Shown in pieces: positions 1 through 13,354 of a stretch of DNA of 64,000 nucleotides (positions are counted from its first letter, which is position 1; the number at the start of each line of letters is the position of its first letter). Source of the stretch: Chiloscyllium plagiosum (lineage: Eukaryota); NCBI RefSeq assembly GCF_004010195.1, contig NC_057718.1:74157604-74221603 (forward strand), read 5' to 3'. The translations under genes were made by a program, and so were the position numbers. Below the pieces are notes generated by a model, which did no database searches, was not told the origin of the DNA, and worked only from the letters and a program-made list of their open reading frames with translations.

Positions 1-378
1 TTTCTTCTGTCTTTGATGAATAGCTGGTAAGTTTTTTTTTCAACCAGTTCTCTCAGTCAGAAATGCCTCTCCCTTTTTTAGGTCTTCAGACATTCTTCAC
101 TCCTTTAGTGAGTTGTCTAGTGTAATGTTTGAGTTCTCCCAGCATATGGTCAATACATGTGATCGTCAGAAAGGAGGATGTGGCATTTCAGTCAGGCCCA
201 ACAAGCAGGATGTGAGACAGACTATATTAGGATTAATTTTATTTGTTTGTTTCTGCTGTTTTGAAAAATGCTATGTTACTTAGAATACAAATAACTCAAT
301 GCTAAGCACATTCAGTGTAAGCAGGTCTGCTGTTTACATATAATATCATCAAAAAAGAACTGCTGAAGCATCCTTTAT

Positions 379-681
379 GGTGGCATGGTGGCTCAGTGGT
401 TGGCACTGCTGCCTCACAGCACCAGGGTCCCAGGTTCGATTCCAACCTCGGGCGACTGTATGCGTGGAGTTTGCACATTCTCCCTGTGTCTGCGAGTGTT
501 CCGGTTTCCTCCCACATTCCAAAGATGTGCACATCAGGTGAATTAGTCATGCTAGATTGCCCATAGTGCTAGGTGCATTAGTCAGAGGGAAATGGTTCTG
601 GGTGGGTTACTCTTTGGAAGGTCAGTGTGGACTGGTTGGGCTGAAGGTCCTGTTTCCACACTGTAGGGAATCTAATCTAAT
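379..681 (+). mobile_element. HE1-type tRNA-derived SINE (V-SINE)
   Basis: Box A (TGGCTCAGTGG), box B (GGTTCGATTCC), central GTGGAGTTTGCACATTCTCCC domain, CR1-derived tail, (AATCT)n end. Confidence 0.9.
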
Positions 682-2479
682 CCTCAGATGAGGAATAGGC
701 TGTCACGGTTGGGAAGTCTGAAGCATTTCTAATTCTAAACGTAGCTGGTATGATAGTACTTCTAGCAAACTCTGTCCTCATACAAATCTACTGAGGGGTT
801 TATTCTGAAATGTGAACACATTGCTACTTTCCACAGTTCCCCACTGGGAGTTTCCAATGTGTGCATTTTCTTGTGTTGTTTTTCTTTCCGAAGGAAAGCC
901 ACACAGTGGCTACCTCTTGTAGAAATTAAGTAATACTGAATGTTGCTTCAAATTGTAGCCTCACTGAAGATTAGTAGTATTAACAAGTGAAAGAGAGTAT
1001 CTTTGCTGACCTGAATTCCTAAGAAACTAACACATAATTTGATCAATTAAACTAGTAAGTTGCAAATTGATCCATATTAAATATTCATATTTCTAATCCT
1101 CACTTTTGGTGGAATGCAAAGAAAACAGGAAACCTCAACTGAGTTAATAAGAGAGTAGTCAGCACTTGATATTTTGTCAGAGGCCCTCAGTTTTCCTTCA
1201 TAAATTTTCTCTTCCGTTGTTTAGCAGTCCTGTGGTTTAGCTCCTGCTTTATTCACCCTTTTCCTTTCTGCTCCTCACCTCTCATTTCCTTCAGACTGAT
1301 GAACTACAGAGAGTTAACATGTACACTAATAGATAGAAAAACCTGCTAGCTTTGAGAATACTGATTGATTTGCTTTCAGAATATAGTCAATTCTTGAATA
1401 TTATTTAAACAATAACTACACTCTTGATACAATATAAGAATCAAGGCCTTGACTTAAAAATTCATTAAAGAACTGATTCATTTTTAAAATGACTCAGAGC
1501 ATTGACATGGCTAGTTTTGGTAATTGTCTGGTGTAATTTTACAGGAATTGAAGATGCAGACAGATGTACTCTGACAATCCTCATATCCTAGCTTGGGAAT
1601 TACGGGTTACTGGAGAGACATGCTTAAAAAAAAAGTGAGTTAAAGATTGAAAATATTAAATGAAAGTAGAGGAAGTCCATTTGTACCACATAAAAGATTC
1701 TATGTGGGCAAACTATATTAGAGGGTTACATAATATACATATAGGTTATATAATATATTGATTATATATGTTCCCAAAGTTGTAGTAGAGCAGAGAGAAA
1801 CCTTGCAACTAAAGTGAAATATGGCTCACAGAAATCACAATCCCCACTCATTGGGGATTTAATTACCCAAAGTTGCACTAATAAAATTAATTGTCACTTG
1901 GACAACTATGGATTAACTTAAAAAGCCAACAGATTTGTTAAGGTCAAGTCATGTTTAGCTAACAAGTTTCATTGAGGTAGTAGAGACAGTTGATAATTAC
2001 AATATAAAGTGTGGTATATGGACTGACAAAAGAAGTTTTATAAAGTGTTGTGTAGTACACTTTCCAACAAATTTTAATCCTGTGGCAAAAAGTGACACTG
2101 GCAGTATAGTCGCAAAATTGGCTCAGTTACAGGAATAGATCATATGCTGAATGTTCACTTCTGACTGGAAGAAGGTATATAGTAGGTTCCTCAGAATTCA
2201 ATGTTACGAGCCTTTCTTTTATTTATCTAGTTTAATATTAATCAGGCACAGATGTTACAAAATAGAAGTATTGCAAACTGCAAGGAGGAAAGCGATCATC
2301 TTTAAGAGACCATAGAGATAACAGGACAGGGGATATCTGGCTGATGCAACAATAGAAATCCAAAGAGTTGTATATTCTAAGAAGAATGATTGGAGATGAT
2401 ATAAAATGATGGACATAATTCTAAGGGGGTGTGGTTTCAGTAAAAGCAAAATAGAAATAATGAAACACCATACATCTGA

Positions 2480-4660
2480 TGAGTCTGTCCCAACAATCAA
2501 TGTGATCACTGCTGACCTTAGGCTTCAATTCTACTTTCCTACCTAATCCCCATCTCCCTTGATTCTCTGTGAGGCCAAACATTTGTCAGCCTGAACCTGG
2601 AATTACTCAATGTTGGGACATCTGCAGCTGTATGGGATAGAGAATTGCAAACACTTTGAGTGAAGAAATTTCTACTCATCTCAGTCCTGAATGATTGGTC
2701 CCTTCACCTTAAAGTTGCGGCTTTACATTGTAAATCCCAACGTCAGAGGAAATAACCTCTCAGTATCAACCCTGTTAAGCCCTTTCATAATCTGTGCGAA
2801 AACGTTATTCTCCTCTCATCTTAAAAATGATCCCCTACTCTTGGGAAAAGACTTTGGCTATTCACCTTAGCTATGCTCCTCATAATTCTGTAAACCTCTA
2901 TAAGGTTACTCCTCTTCCCCCTAAACTCCAGTCTAAAAAGTCCCAGCCTAAGCCCATAACTCAAACCCTCCAGTCCCAGATTCATCATGGCAAATCTCCT
3001 CTGAACTCTCTCTAATTTAATAACATTCTTCCTATAGACAGGAGAACAGAACTGTAAAAAGTACTCCAAAAGTGTTCTTACCAATGTCCTGCACAATCTC
3101 AACGTGACACCCCATCTCCTGTACTCAATGTTCTGAGCAAAGAAGGCAATCATGCTTCACACCTTCTTAACCATCCTATCTACCATTGACACAACTTTCT
3201 AAGAACTATGTGCATAAACCTCTAGGTCTCTCTACAACATTACCTAGGACTCTAACATAAACTATATACAAAATGCAATACTTCATATTTATCCAAATTA
3301 AGCTCCATCTGTCACTCCTCAGCCCATTCGTTAAATTGATCAAGATCCCTTTGTAATCTTAGATAACCTTCTTTACTGTTTTGGTGTCATCCGTAAACTC
3401 ACTAACCTTGCCTCCTAAATTCTCATCCAAACCATTTCAATAAATGAGAAACAATAGTGGACCCAGCATAAATCTCTGCAGAACACTACAGGTCACAGGC
3501 CTCCAGTCTGAAAAACAACCCTTCACCACCACTCCGTCTCCTACTGTCAAGCCAATTTTGTATCCAATTGACAAGCTCTCCCTGAATCTCATGTGATCTA
3601 ACTTTTTCATGCAGAACCCTGTCAAAAGCTTTATTGAAGTCCATATGGACAATGTCTACCACTCTGCCCTCATCAATCTTTTTTGCTAGGCCCTCAAAAA
3701 ACTTCATCAAGTTTGTGAGACATGATCGCCAAAGCACAAAGCCATGTTGACTCTACCTTTTCAATTGTTGCCTCTTCAAATGCATGTAAATCCTATCTCT
3801 CAGAATCCCCTCCAAAACTTACTCACCATTGATGTCAGACTCAATGGTCTATATCTCCCAGGCTTCTCCTAACAGCCTTTCCTAAATAAAGGCATAGCAT
3901 TAGCCGTGGCCCAGTCCTCCGGGCACCTCTCCTCTCGCTGTATATGATACAAATATCTTTGTTTGGGCCCTGCAATTTTTTTCTCTAACTTCCCATAACG
4001 CCCTGGGATACAGTTGGGTTGGGTTCTGGAGATTTACCCATCTTTATGTTTTTTAAGACTTCTAGCACCTCCTCTTCTGTAAAGTGGATAATTTTCAAGA
4101 CATTAATATTTATTTCCTGAGTTCCCTAGCATCTATCCCTTTCTACACAGTAAAAGCTGTTACGAAATATCAGTTTAGAATCTCTGCCATCTCATATGGT
4201 TCAACACATAGACGACCTTGCTGAACTTTAAGGGGCCATATTTTGTCCCTAGTTGCTGTTTTGCTCATAATGTACTTGCTCTTAGTCATTCTTAACCTAA
4301 TCTGCCAAGGCTATCTCATATCCCTTTTCATTCTCCTTATTTCTCTCTTAGGAATGCCTTTACACTCCTTACACTCTTCAAGAGATTCACTTGATATACG
4401 TTGTCTATATCTAACGTATGCCTCCTTCTTATTCTTGACCAGAGCCTTGAAATCTTTATTCGTCCATCGTTCCCTACTCTTACCAGCCTTATCCTTCATT
4501 CTAACATCAACATAATACCTCTGAACTCTAGTTATTTGAATCTTGAAAGGCTCCCACTTGCCACTTGCCCCTTTACCTGCAAATAGTCTATTCCAATCAT
4601 CTTTTGAAACTTCCTGTCTCATACTGTCAAAATTGGCCTTACTCCAGTGATAAACTTTAA
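2480..4660 (-). mobile_element. CR1 LINE fragments (RT and 3' end), decayed
   Basis: Minus ORF pieces SCLTNLMKFFE...VDIVHMDFNKAFDRV and LCRTLVRTLLEY...LERVQRRF. Confidence 0.85.
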
Positions 4661-4669
4661 CTTAATTTT

Positions 4670-5335
4670 GAATTGATTTATTATTGTCACATGTACCTAG
4701 GTACAGTGAAAAGTTTTGTTTTGCTGGGCATTACAGGCAAATCATATCATACACAAGCATAGGGTAATTGAACAGAGCAAGGAATACAAAATTATAGCTA
4801 CAAAGAAGGTGCTCAAAAAGTAAGATCAAAATTAGATTTTAAATTGGAGAAATCCATTCAGAAGTCTAATAACAGCAGGGGAGAAGCTGTTCATGAACCC
4901 TGTTGGTATGTGTGTTTAAGCTTTTGTATCTCCTACCTGAAGGAAGAGTTTGACAGAGGGTAGAAGTGGGCTAGGAGTGGCTTTTGATGATGTTGGCTGT
5001 CTTTCCGATGCAGCGAGAAGTGTAAATGGAGTCCGTGGATGGAAGGTTGGCTTGATGATGGACTGGGCTGTTTTCATAACTCTCTTTAGTTTCTTACAGT
5101 CCTGGGCAGAGCAGTTGCCATAGCAAGCCATCCAGGTAAGATATTTTCTATGGTGCATTTCTAAAAGTTGGCGACAGTCCTTACGGACATGCCACATTTC
5201 CTTAGACTCCTGAAGAATAAGAGACATTGCTGTGCCTTCTTGACTGTTGTATCTAAGTGGGTGGTCCACGACAAATTGTTGATGATCATCACCACCTCCT
5301 AGGAATTTGATGCTTTTGCCCTTCTCTATCTCATC
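4670..5335 (-). mobile_element. Rex1/Babar-like LINE 3' fragment
   Basis: Peptide ACYGNCSAQDCKKLKRVMKTAQSII typical of the Rex1/Babar RT C-terminus; 3' tail cttttcactgtacc...gtgacaataataaa. Confidence 0.65.
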
Positions 5336-5343
5336 TCTATTGG

Positions 5344-5775
5344 GTTAAAAATCACACAACACCAGGTTATAGTCCAACAGGTTTATTTGGAAGCACTACC
5401 TTTCAAAACACAGCTTCTTAATCAGGTGGTTGTAGACCAGAATCACAAGACACAGAAAGTATAGCAACAGGATTGCAGTGTCATGGAATGTTAAGTCTGT
5501 CATCTTTTAGAATGATCATGTTAGTTTCGGTTCCTCCATATTTAAATCCCAGAACTATTTTAATGTTACATTCACAAGATAGCTTTAACAATAGGTGCCA
5601 TCTCAGCTCAGATGATGTATTGAAGGTGTGAGGTTAAAGTCTGTCTGTGTCCCAATGTTAGGTCAGACTGGTTCTATTTATAAAGTGAGATTTACAGAAT
5701 CTCATATAGATTTATGCAGTTTTGAGCAAAATAAAATGTAATTCTGCAAGTACAAATTCACCCCACAAATTTGAA
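5344..5775 (-). mobile_element. PLE family A terminal fragment
   Basis: Shares AAAAATCACACAACACCAGGTTATAGTCCAACAGG terminus and internal sequence with 10937-11600; decayed hammerhead motif. Confidence 0.7.
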
Positions 5776-5799
5776 CTTGAGTCTGATCCAACCCAAACT

Positions 5800-6880
5800 C
5801 TAGATTGGATACGTAGATGACATTTTTGTTATCATTAAGAGAATAGAAGTCAAGAACACACACTGGATCATCCACACCATACTCACAGGGATCAACTTTA
5901 GGAGAGAGGAAGAAACCAACAATCAACTCCCATTTCTGGATGTGATGGTGCAAAGAACACAGAATGCACCACAAAAGTGTGCAGGAAAGTCACACACACT
6001 GACCAAATCCTGAATTACACCAGCAACCACCCAAACATGCAAAAGAAGCTGCATTAGGACCCTGTTCAAAAGGGCTACAGTTCACTGCAGCACTCCCGGC
6101 CTATGAAGGAAAGAGGACGAACATCTCTACAGAGTATTCACCAAGAACGGAGATCCCCGTAGCTTCAACCACGGATACCTAACAGACAAACAACGTGATG
6201 AGGACATGCCACGACCTAACTCACTAGCCACGTTAAGTACATAAAAAATGCCTTGGAACTGACAGCCAGCTTGTCCGACCATTCAGATTCATGACAACCC
6301 ATAAACCGACAGCCACACTCAGACAACAACTCACCAGGACAAAAGACCCTATACCTATCATGTGCACGGCCAATGTAATTTACAGGATTCCATGCAAAGA
6401 CTGGACAAAACACTTTAAAGGGCAAACAGGCAGACAACTAGCAATCCACATCCATGAACACCAACTGGCCACTATATGCCATGGCCAGCTGTCCCTAGTA
6501 GCCATACACACAGATGACAGGGACTACAATTTGTACTGGGACAACACAATGATTATAGGACAAGCTAAACAGAGGACAGCCAGAGAAATTCTAGAAGTAT
6601 GGCACTCAGCCATGGACTCCATCAATAAGCACACTGACCGAGACCCAATGTACCGGCCCAAATGACAAACAACTGGAACCAGCAGCAGAAGCAACAGGAA
6701 CAGAACCATATAAGTTTCAGAAGACACAGTCCAGCAGTGCTTCACAGGAGACTCCAAAGCACTGAAGATGTCACCCAGACAGGGGACAAACAGCTGCAAA
6801 TCAACTTGCCAGTTCGGAGAACATACCCATAACCACAACATCCAGCACCTGAGCTACAAATCTTTACACAAACTTTGATT
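5800..6880 (+). mobile_element. Penelope-like element family C: RT C-terminus, GIY-YIG endonuclease and 3' terminus
   Basis: EEETNNQLPFLDVMV, THTDQILNYTSNHP, NVIYRIPC...GQTGRQLAIHIHEH; decayed hammerhead CTGAAGA TGTCACC...GGGGAC(A)AAC at ~6762-6791. Confidence 0.85.
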
Positions 6881-7839
6881 TGTATCATGGGCCTCCTTCC
6901 TGATTTCCATACCTATATCATTCACTTTGGATTAAGAAGGACTTGATATAGTTCTGAGGTGGCTGATAAGTCCAAAGCATGATCTGCAAATTCTGCCACG
7001 TGGTGCCACTTGGATTGTCAGGTTGATGCATTGTTTGGAGGTTTGTCCACTTCCTCAGTCACCTCGATTGCACCTCTACATGTTCCAACCAAGGTCTCTT
7101 GACATGTTTGGTGCCTTCCGAAATGAAGCTTCTCTATTTTGACTTGTCAAAAGCCAGAGTCACCCATGAGTTGGTGAGAATGTTTGACCACTGCAGTGCA
7201 TGTGTAACTATGTTAAGAGTACCACTGTCAGAAGCTAAGCGGAATGGCAGAGTTGACCTCCATTTGCGCAAGAAAGGACAATGCAAGCCTGGGCATCTTT
7301 TTGAGAGGGATGGTCAAGAGTGACATTGGAGGGGGAGGTGCAAGTGAGATGGTGTCTGATCTTGGTCAGTAGAATCAAATCTTGGCATTTAGAGTGGACA
7401 GGGGTGGAGAATCAGAAACCTTAGGATGGTGGTGTATGTTGGGGGTTGAGGATTGGACATGAAAGAGGAATCACAGGGAGATAAGCAGGCATTCATGCTT
7501 TATCCAGTAGTCAAATAAAAACTACTTGTCACCTAATCTAGCAGTTCTTGTCTTGAACTTAGCCAATGATCTTCCCAATCTCTTGCCATCCAGCATTAAG
7601 TTTCAACTGATGAATAAAAAGGAGTTATACAGCACCATGATAATATTTAAAGAGATAAGCTGCCTCCACAGAATGAGTTGGTCACTTGCTCTCAACTCTG
7701 TTGCCATTAAGACCAGAACTGGGTGAGTTGGTAGCAGAATGGAGTTGGGATGCTAAAACAGAAATTTAGTTTAAAGAGAAGCAAAGATAGCAGCTCAGCA
7801 TCCCTGCAAAGTGGAGTTTTCAGGCAGCTTAGACAAGGG

Positions 7840-10615
7840 AATAGAAAATGTTGGGTGCAGCACGATTGGTTAGAGAATCAATTACAGCTATGAGGAAGGA
7901 TGTGATACTAAATGAAACAGCAAATGTGTGGTTTTTAGCTCAGAAACCAGAAAAGGGCATGCACACTGATGTGTACTGCAGACTCCTAAATAGTGGAAGA
8001 GCACTAGAGGAACACAAACACAAGTAAAAATTCTAAATGAGGGATTTCAATTACCAAAATATTGCCGAGGATACAGTGTGAAAGGCACAGAAGACAAACA
8101 TTTTTGAAGTGCATTCAAGAGCACTTTTTGAGCCATTGCATAACAAGTCCAACAAGAGAGAACTCAATTCTAAATTTAGACACAGAAAGTTAACCTGGGC
8201 TGGTGGATGAAGTTGCAGTGGGTGACTATTTTGGAGATAGTGATCATGATACAATTAGATTTAAAAACATTATTGAAAATGACAAAGATAGAAGAGGGGT
8301 ATAAAAATGTGCTGATTAGTAAGTAGTAGACAAAGCCAATGTGTTTCTGTAAGGATTAATAGTGGGACCAAAATTCCAGAGAATGCAGGATATAAACAAA
8401 TGTATAAATTGGATAAGGGAAAAAAAGGAAGCTTATTGTAGATACTATCGGGTCAGAATAACAGATATCCAAGATCCAAGAGTTGTTTAGGATGTATAGG
8501 GGGTTAGTTAATAAAGAAGTTTGGAAAGCAAAGAGAGGACATGATAAAACACCCTCTAGGAATATCGAAAGGCATTTTGTAAGTATAATAGGGATAACAG
8601 AATAAACAGGGAAAAGATGGGTCCCAATAGAGACGTAAATGGTCAAATGAGGATGGAGTGAGAAGACATTCGTGTGGTTTTAAAAGAGTATCTCTATTTG
8701 CATCTCTGTTCATGATAGATATTGAAATAGGGGTGGAGTCTGGTCTGTGAAATGTTTGAGCTAACTATTAATGAGAGGGAAAAGGTATAATCAGTTTTAC
8801 TGGTCTTAAAATTGGCTAAGGCCCAATGCCTAGAAGAAATGGATGCCATCTGCTGTAGGAGGTAAATAAAGATAGAGGTGGGCCCTAATATTAATATTCA
8901 ATCCTATATGACCACAGGAAGGGTGCGAAAAGAGTAGAAGTCAGTTAATTCAGGAAGGTTGGTCAGGTAAATCAGAGTATTCTAGGCCAGTGGGTTTATC
9001 ATCAATGATCAGAAAGAAAATATTTTGAGGAACAGAATTAATCTCTACTTGGAGAATGAAAGATAGTCAGCATGGATCTTTCACCAAAGGTCATGTCTGA
9101 CGGGTTTGATTGAATTTTTCAGGAAAGTGACTAATGTTTCGCTGAGAGGAGAGCAGTTGATGCAGTACATGGGCGGCACGGTGGCACAGTGGTTAGCACT
9201 GCTGCCTCACAGCGCCAGAGACCTGGGTTCAATTCCTGCCTCAGGCGACCGACAGTGTGGAGTTTGCACATTCTCCCCGTGTCTGCGTGGGTTTCCTCCG
9301 GGTGCTCCGGTTTCCTCCCACAGTCCAAAGATGTGCAGGTTAGGTGAATTGGCCATGCTAAATTGCCCGTAGTGTTAGGTAAGGGGTAAATGTAGGGGTA
9401 TGGGTAAGTTGCGCTTTGGCGGGTCGGTGTGGACGTGTTGGGCCGAAGGGCCTGTTTCCACACTGTAATGTAATCTAATCTAATCAGTAATGTAATCTAA
9501 TCTACATATGGACTTCAGTAAGGCTTTTGACAGGGCCTTGCATGATAGACTGGTTAAGAAGCTAAGACCCCATAAGATCCAGAAAAGTTTAGCAAATTGG
9601 AGCCAAAATTGGTTGAGTGACAGGAGGCAGAGGGTGATGATCAGAGGACATTTCTGTGACTGTAGTGTGCCACACAATTCGTTGCAGGGTCCCTTGCTGT
9701 TTGTTATGTACATTAATGATGTGGACATGAATGTAGGAGGTATGATCAGTAAGTTTTCAGATGGCATAGAAATTTGTTGGTTTGATATATAGTGAGGAGG
9801 AAAGCTTTAGACTATAGGGTGATATTGAGCAGATAATCACATGGGTTGAACAGTTGCAAATGGAATTTTATCTTGTAAAGTGTGGGGTGGTGCATTCTGG
9901 GGAGACTAACAAGGTAAAGGAGTACGTGATGAATTGGACTCTGGGAAGTATAGAGGATCAGAAGGATCTTGTGGGCACATCCACAAAGCTTGAAGGTGGA
10001 TAAGGTCATTAAGAAGACTTTGGGAAACTTGCCTTTATTCATCGAGACTTGAATACAAAAACAGGGAGGTTATGATTACTTTAATGAGGCCACAGCTGAA
10101 GTATTGTGTGCAGTTTTGGTTGCCACACTATAGGAATGATGTGATTGCCTTAGAAAAGTGGCAGAGGATTGCCTGTGCTGGAGCATTTTCACTGTGAAGC
10201 GACACTGATATCTGGGCCTGTTTTAATAGAAGGCTGGGAGGGAGACCTGATTGAGGTAAGTAAAATACAAGGCACATAGATAGGATTGATAGGAAGAAAC
10301 ATTTCCCTGCAGTAGAGGGGTCAACAACCAGGATGCACATGCTAACGTAAATGGCAGGAGGATTAAAAGGGATTTAGCGAGCAGTATTTTCAGCCAAAAG
10401 GTGTTGGGTAAGTAGAATTCAATGTCTGAAAGAGTTCCAGACATGGAAACCATCTCAACATTCAAGAAGTATTTAGATAATCACTTGAAACATCATAGCT
10501 GCAAGACTGCATGCCAAATCTAGAAAATGGAACTAGAGTAGATAGGTACTTGAACACCAGTGCTTGCAGACAAGATGGGTTGAAGGGCCTCTTCCTGTGC
10601 TGTAAAAATCTATGA
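7840..10615 (+). mobile_element. CR1 LINE, decayed ORF2 and 3' UTR, interrupted by an HE1 SINE
   Basis: MDFSKAFDRALHDRLV...LQGPLLFVMYINDV...ISKFSD; CR1 tail gaagggcctcttcctgtgctgtaaaaatctatga. Confidence 0.85.
9171..9502 (+). mobile_element. HE1 SINE inserted in CR1 RT
   Basis: Full head-to-tail copy; TSD tacat at 9166-9170 and 9503-9507; the host RT motif AVDAV|HMDFSK is split. Confidence 0.92.
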
Positions 10616-10936
10616 CTAATAATAAAGCTATTGAAAATTTCAAAGAAATTATATTTTAAGAAGCTTATAGAAGCATAGAAAGTAGAGAGATGAGTGAAAA
10701 ATGAAATTAGGAAAGCAAAGCAGTGATATGGAAAAATATTGGCTAGTGAAATTAAGCAAAATTTTAAAATATTTTCAGTACATTAATGACAAATGGATGA
10801 CTTAGGAAAGGATTGGGTACTAAAGATGCACATGGTGACTTGTGAGTGGATGCAGAAGATGTGGACATTTTTAAGGAGTCTTAACTAAGGTTTCTTAGTG
10901 TGCACTTTGTCTTCACAAAGTAGAAGAATGATGCTA

Positions 10937-11600
10937 AGTTAAAAATCACACAGCACCAGGTTATAGTCCAACAGGTTTATTTGGAAGCACTAGCTTTCGG
11001 AGCACTGCTCCTTCATCAGGTGGTTGTGGAGTATCAAATCGTAAGACACAGAATTTATAGCCAAAGTTTACAGTGTGATGTAACTGAAATTATACATTGA
11101 AAAAGACCTGGATTGTTTGTTAAAGTCTCTCATCTTTTAGAATGAACATGTTGGTTTCAGTTCTTTCATATGTAAATCGCAGAACTTTTTAAAAGTTACA
11201 TTCTCAAGTGAACTTTAACAATTGATCTTATGTCAGCCCAGTTAATGCATTGATGGTGTGAGGTGCCCTGTGTGAGACTCTCTGTGTCACAATGTTCCGA
11301 TGCAGACCCTCTGTCATACACAAACTCTCTCTCATACGCTTACACATACAGTCACACACTCACCTGCACACACGCACATTCTCACAGACGTATGCTCCTT
11401 TACACTCACACTCAGACACATACACATATCTCTCACAGACACTCATTGCACACCCTCCCACACGCACATTTACATGCACACATACATGTATAAGTTTGTG
11501 GGGTGAATTTGTACTTGCAGAATTACATTTTATTTTGCTCAAAAACTGCATGAATCCATGTAAGATTCTGTAAATCACTTTTTAGATTAGAATCAGTCTG
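10937..11600 (-). mobile_element. PLE family A terminal fragment with CA-rich tract (11315-11490)
   Basis: Family A terminus, intact hammerhead motif, internal similarity to 5344-5775. Confidence 0.75.
10988..11022 (-). ncRNA. Minimal hammerhead ribozyme motif (PLE family A)
   Basis: Minus strand CAC CUGAUGA A GGAGC AGU GCUCC GAA AGCU A GUG: full core, 5-bp stem II, palindromic AGCU stem III, CAC:GUG stem I. Confidence 0.75.
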
Positions 11601-11604
11601 AATA

Positions 11605-11867
11605 TGGTAGTAGTTAACACTGCAGCCTCACTGGGTCTGTGTGGAGTTTGCACATTCTCCCTATGTCTGTGTGGGTTTGCTCTGGTTTCCTCCCACAATC
11701 CAGAGATGTGCAGGTCAGGTGAATTGGCCAAGCTAAATTGCCCATAGTGTTAAGTGCATTCATCAGAGGTTAATATAGAGGAGGGGGGTGGGTCACTCTT
11801 TGGCAGGTCAGTGTTGACTTGTTGGGCTAAAAGACCTGCTTCCATACTGTAGGGAATCTAATCTAAT
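11605..11867 (+). mobile_element. HE1 SINE, internally deleted and diverged
   Basis: GTGGAGTTTGCACATTCTCCC domain and aatctaatctaa tail. Confidence 0.8.
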
Positions 11868-12479
11868 TTACATGCTGATACACTGTAATCACTCAGCGCC
11901 AAATGGTTTTGTAGAAATAAGTGTACAGATTTTCCAGGTAATATTGAACCAGAAATGTCCATATTTCTCCAACACAATCGAAACAATTTCCCAAAATAGA
12001 AACAGCAACTGCTGGGGAAACCCAACTGGTCTGGCATTTAATATTTGTAACATTTAATATTTATGCAATATTTAAATATTGACTTACGTTGCCATAGCTT
12101 TTAGGGCGGTAGGCCAAAAGCTTGAGAATAGGATCAGTGCAATCAGGTCTTTGCCATCTGTACCAATCTGTATGTTTATAATTATACCTTGTGTAACTCT
12201 GGAAGAAATTGGATATTTTCTAGTACCACAGAATCCATTGGTACAACAAAGTGAGTCAGGGACTTTGACTAAGACAAATCTGTCAGTGTCACAGTCTCAA
12301 ATATTAAATGGAGTTGCTAGCCAACTTAAAAGTTCTAATTTCATATAATCAGCTGAGAGAGCAAAGTCAAATTGATGGAAAAGGAAGGAGGTAACCAAAT
12401 AGAAAGAGAAAAAAAACAGATCGGTTAGTTGAAAGTATACACGAGTCCAGCCGAGAAGCTGTTTCCTTCAGTACTCAGG

Positions 12480-12760
12480 CAATTTAGTCAGTAGTGGTCC
12501 TACCAGGCCACTCGTGATAAGTAATCGAGGCACCTGTCTGAATATATTCTGTTCCCTTATTTCCTTTGATGCTTCCTCCAAGCAGTGTAAGACGTGGAGG
12601 AGTACTGATTCATCAGTACTGAATCCTAAGGGAGAGTCGTAGATGGTTAGCAAAAGGTTTCCTTGACCATTTTTGCCTTGATGTTATGAGACTTCGGGGA
12701 TCTAGAATGAATGCCAAGGATTCCCAGAGCCATTCCTTCTAAACTGTATATCATTGGGAA
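12480..12760 (-). mobile_element. Old CR1-clade LINE endonuclease fragment
   Basis: Minus peptide GQGNLLLTIYDSP...DESVLLHVLHCLEEA. Confidence 0.55.
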
Positions 12761-13354
12761 TGAAGTATCATCAACAATGCTGAACTTTTCAGTGATGTTT
12801 ATATCTTACAAAAGAATAAAACAAATTTGTACTGACAATTTGAGCTGGAAGCAGCATAGTAACAAAGCAACCTCTAATTGTTTTGGAAAAGTGTATGAAA
12901 TCTGTATTTCTTTTCATGTGTGTCAAAATACTTGAAAGAGCTTTCATAGATTGTGAGGTTAATTTTTATTTTCTTGGATAAGAAGAAATATTGGTCCCAG
13001 TAATCTTTGACCTAATAGCCCCATGAGCTGGAAGGAAATTAAGAAAGAAGCTGTGTAGCTGACAGGCACAAAGGTGAGCTGCAGACATAGTGGAGAGCTG
13101 CAAGCAAGAGTGTTGAAGGGTGAAGGTGATAGGTGCATGGGTGCAGACATAAAAGAGAAAGCAAATACAGACATAAAGTGGATGGTGTAAGTCACAATTA
13201 TGAAGAGGTCAGTTCTTATGTTTGTTAATAAAACAGATAGGACGAGTTGGAGATAGTCTGTGAGACGGTTAAAATGGTCTCAAATCTGGAAAGATATAGG
13301 AATAAATCAGAGATGCTAAAGAGCTGAGTGTTTTCCAGAAATGACCAAACCATT

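Noticed and set aside
302..550. Recurrent short ORFs such as MAQWLALLPHSARD.. and CGRKPEHPEETH..
   Set aside because: Translations of HE1 SINE copies, not genes
9171..9245. tRNA gene candidates
   Set aside because: Box A/B heads belong to SINEs and continue into SINE body and tail
11263..11578. His/Thr-rich ORFs
   Set aside because: CA-rich low-complexity tract inside a repeat
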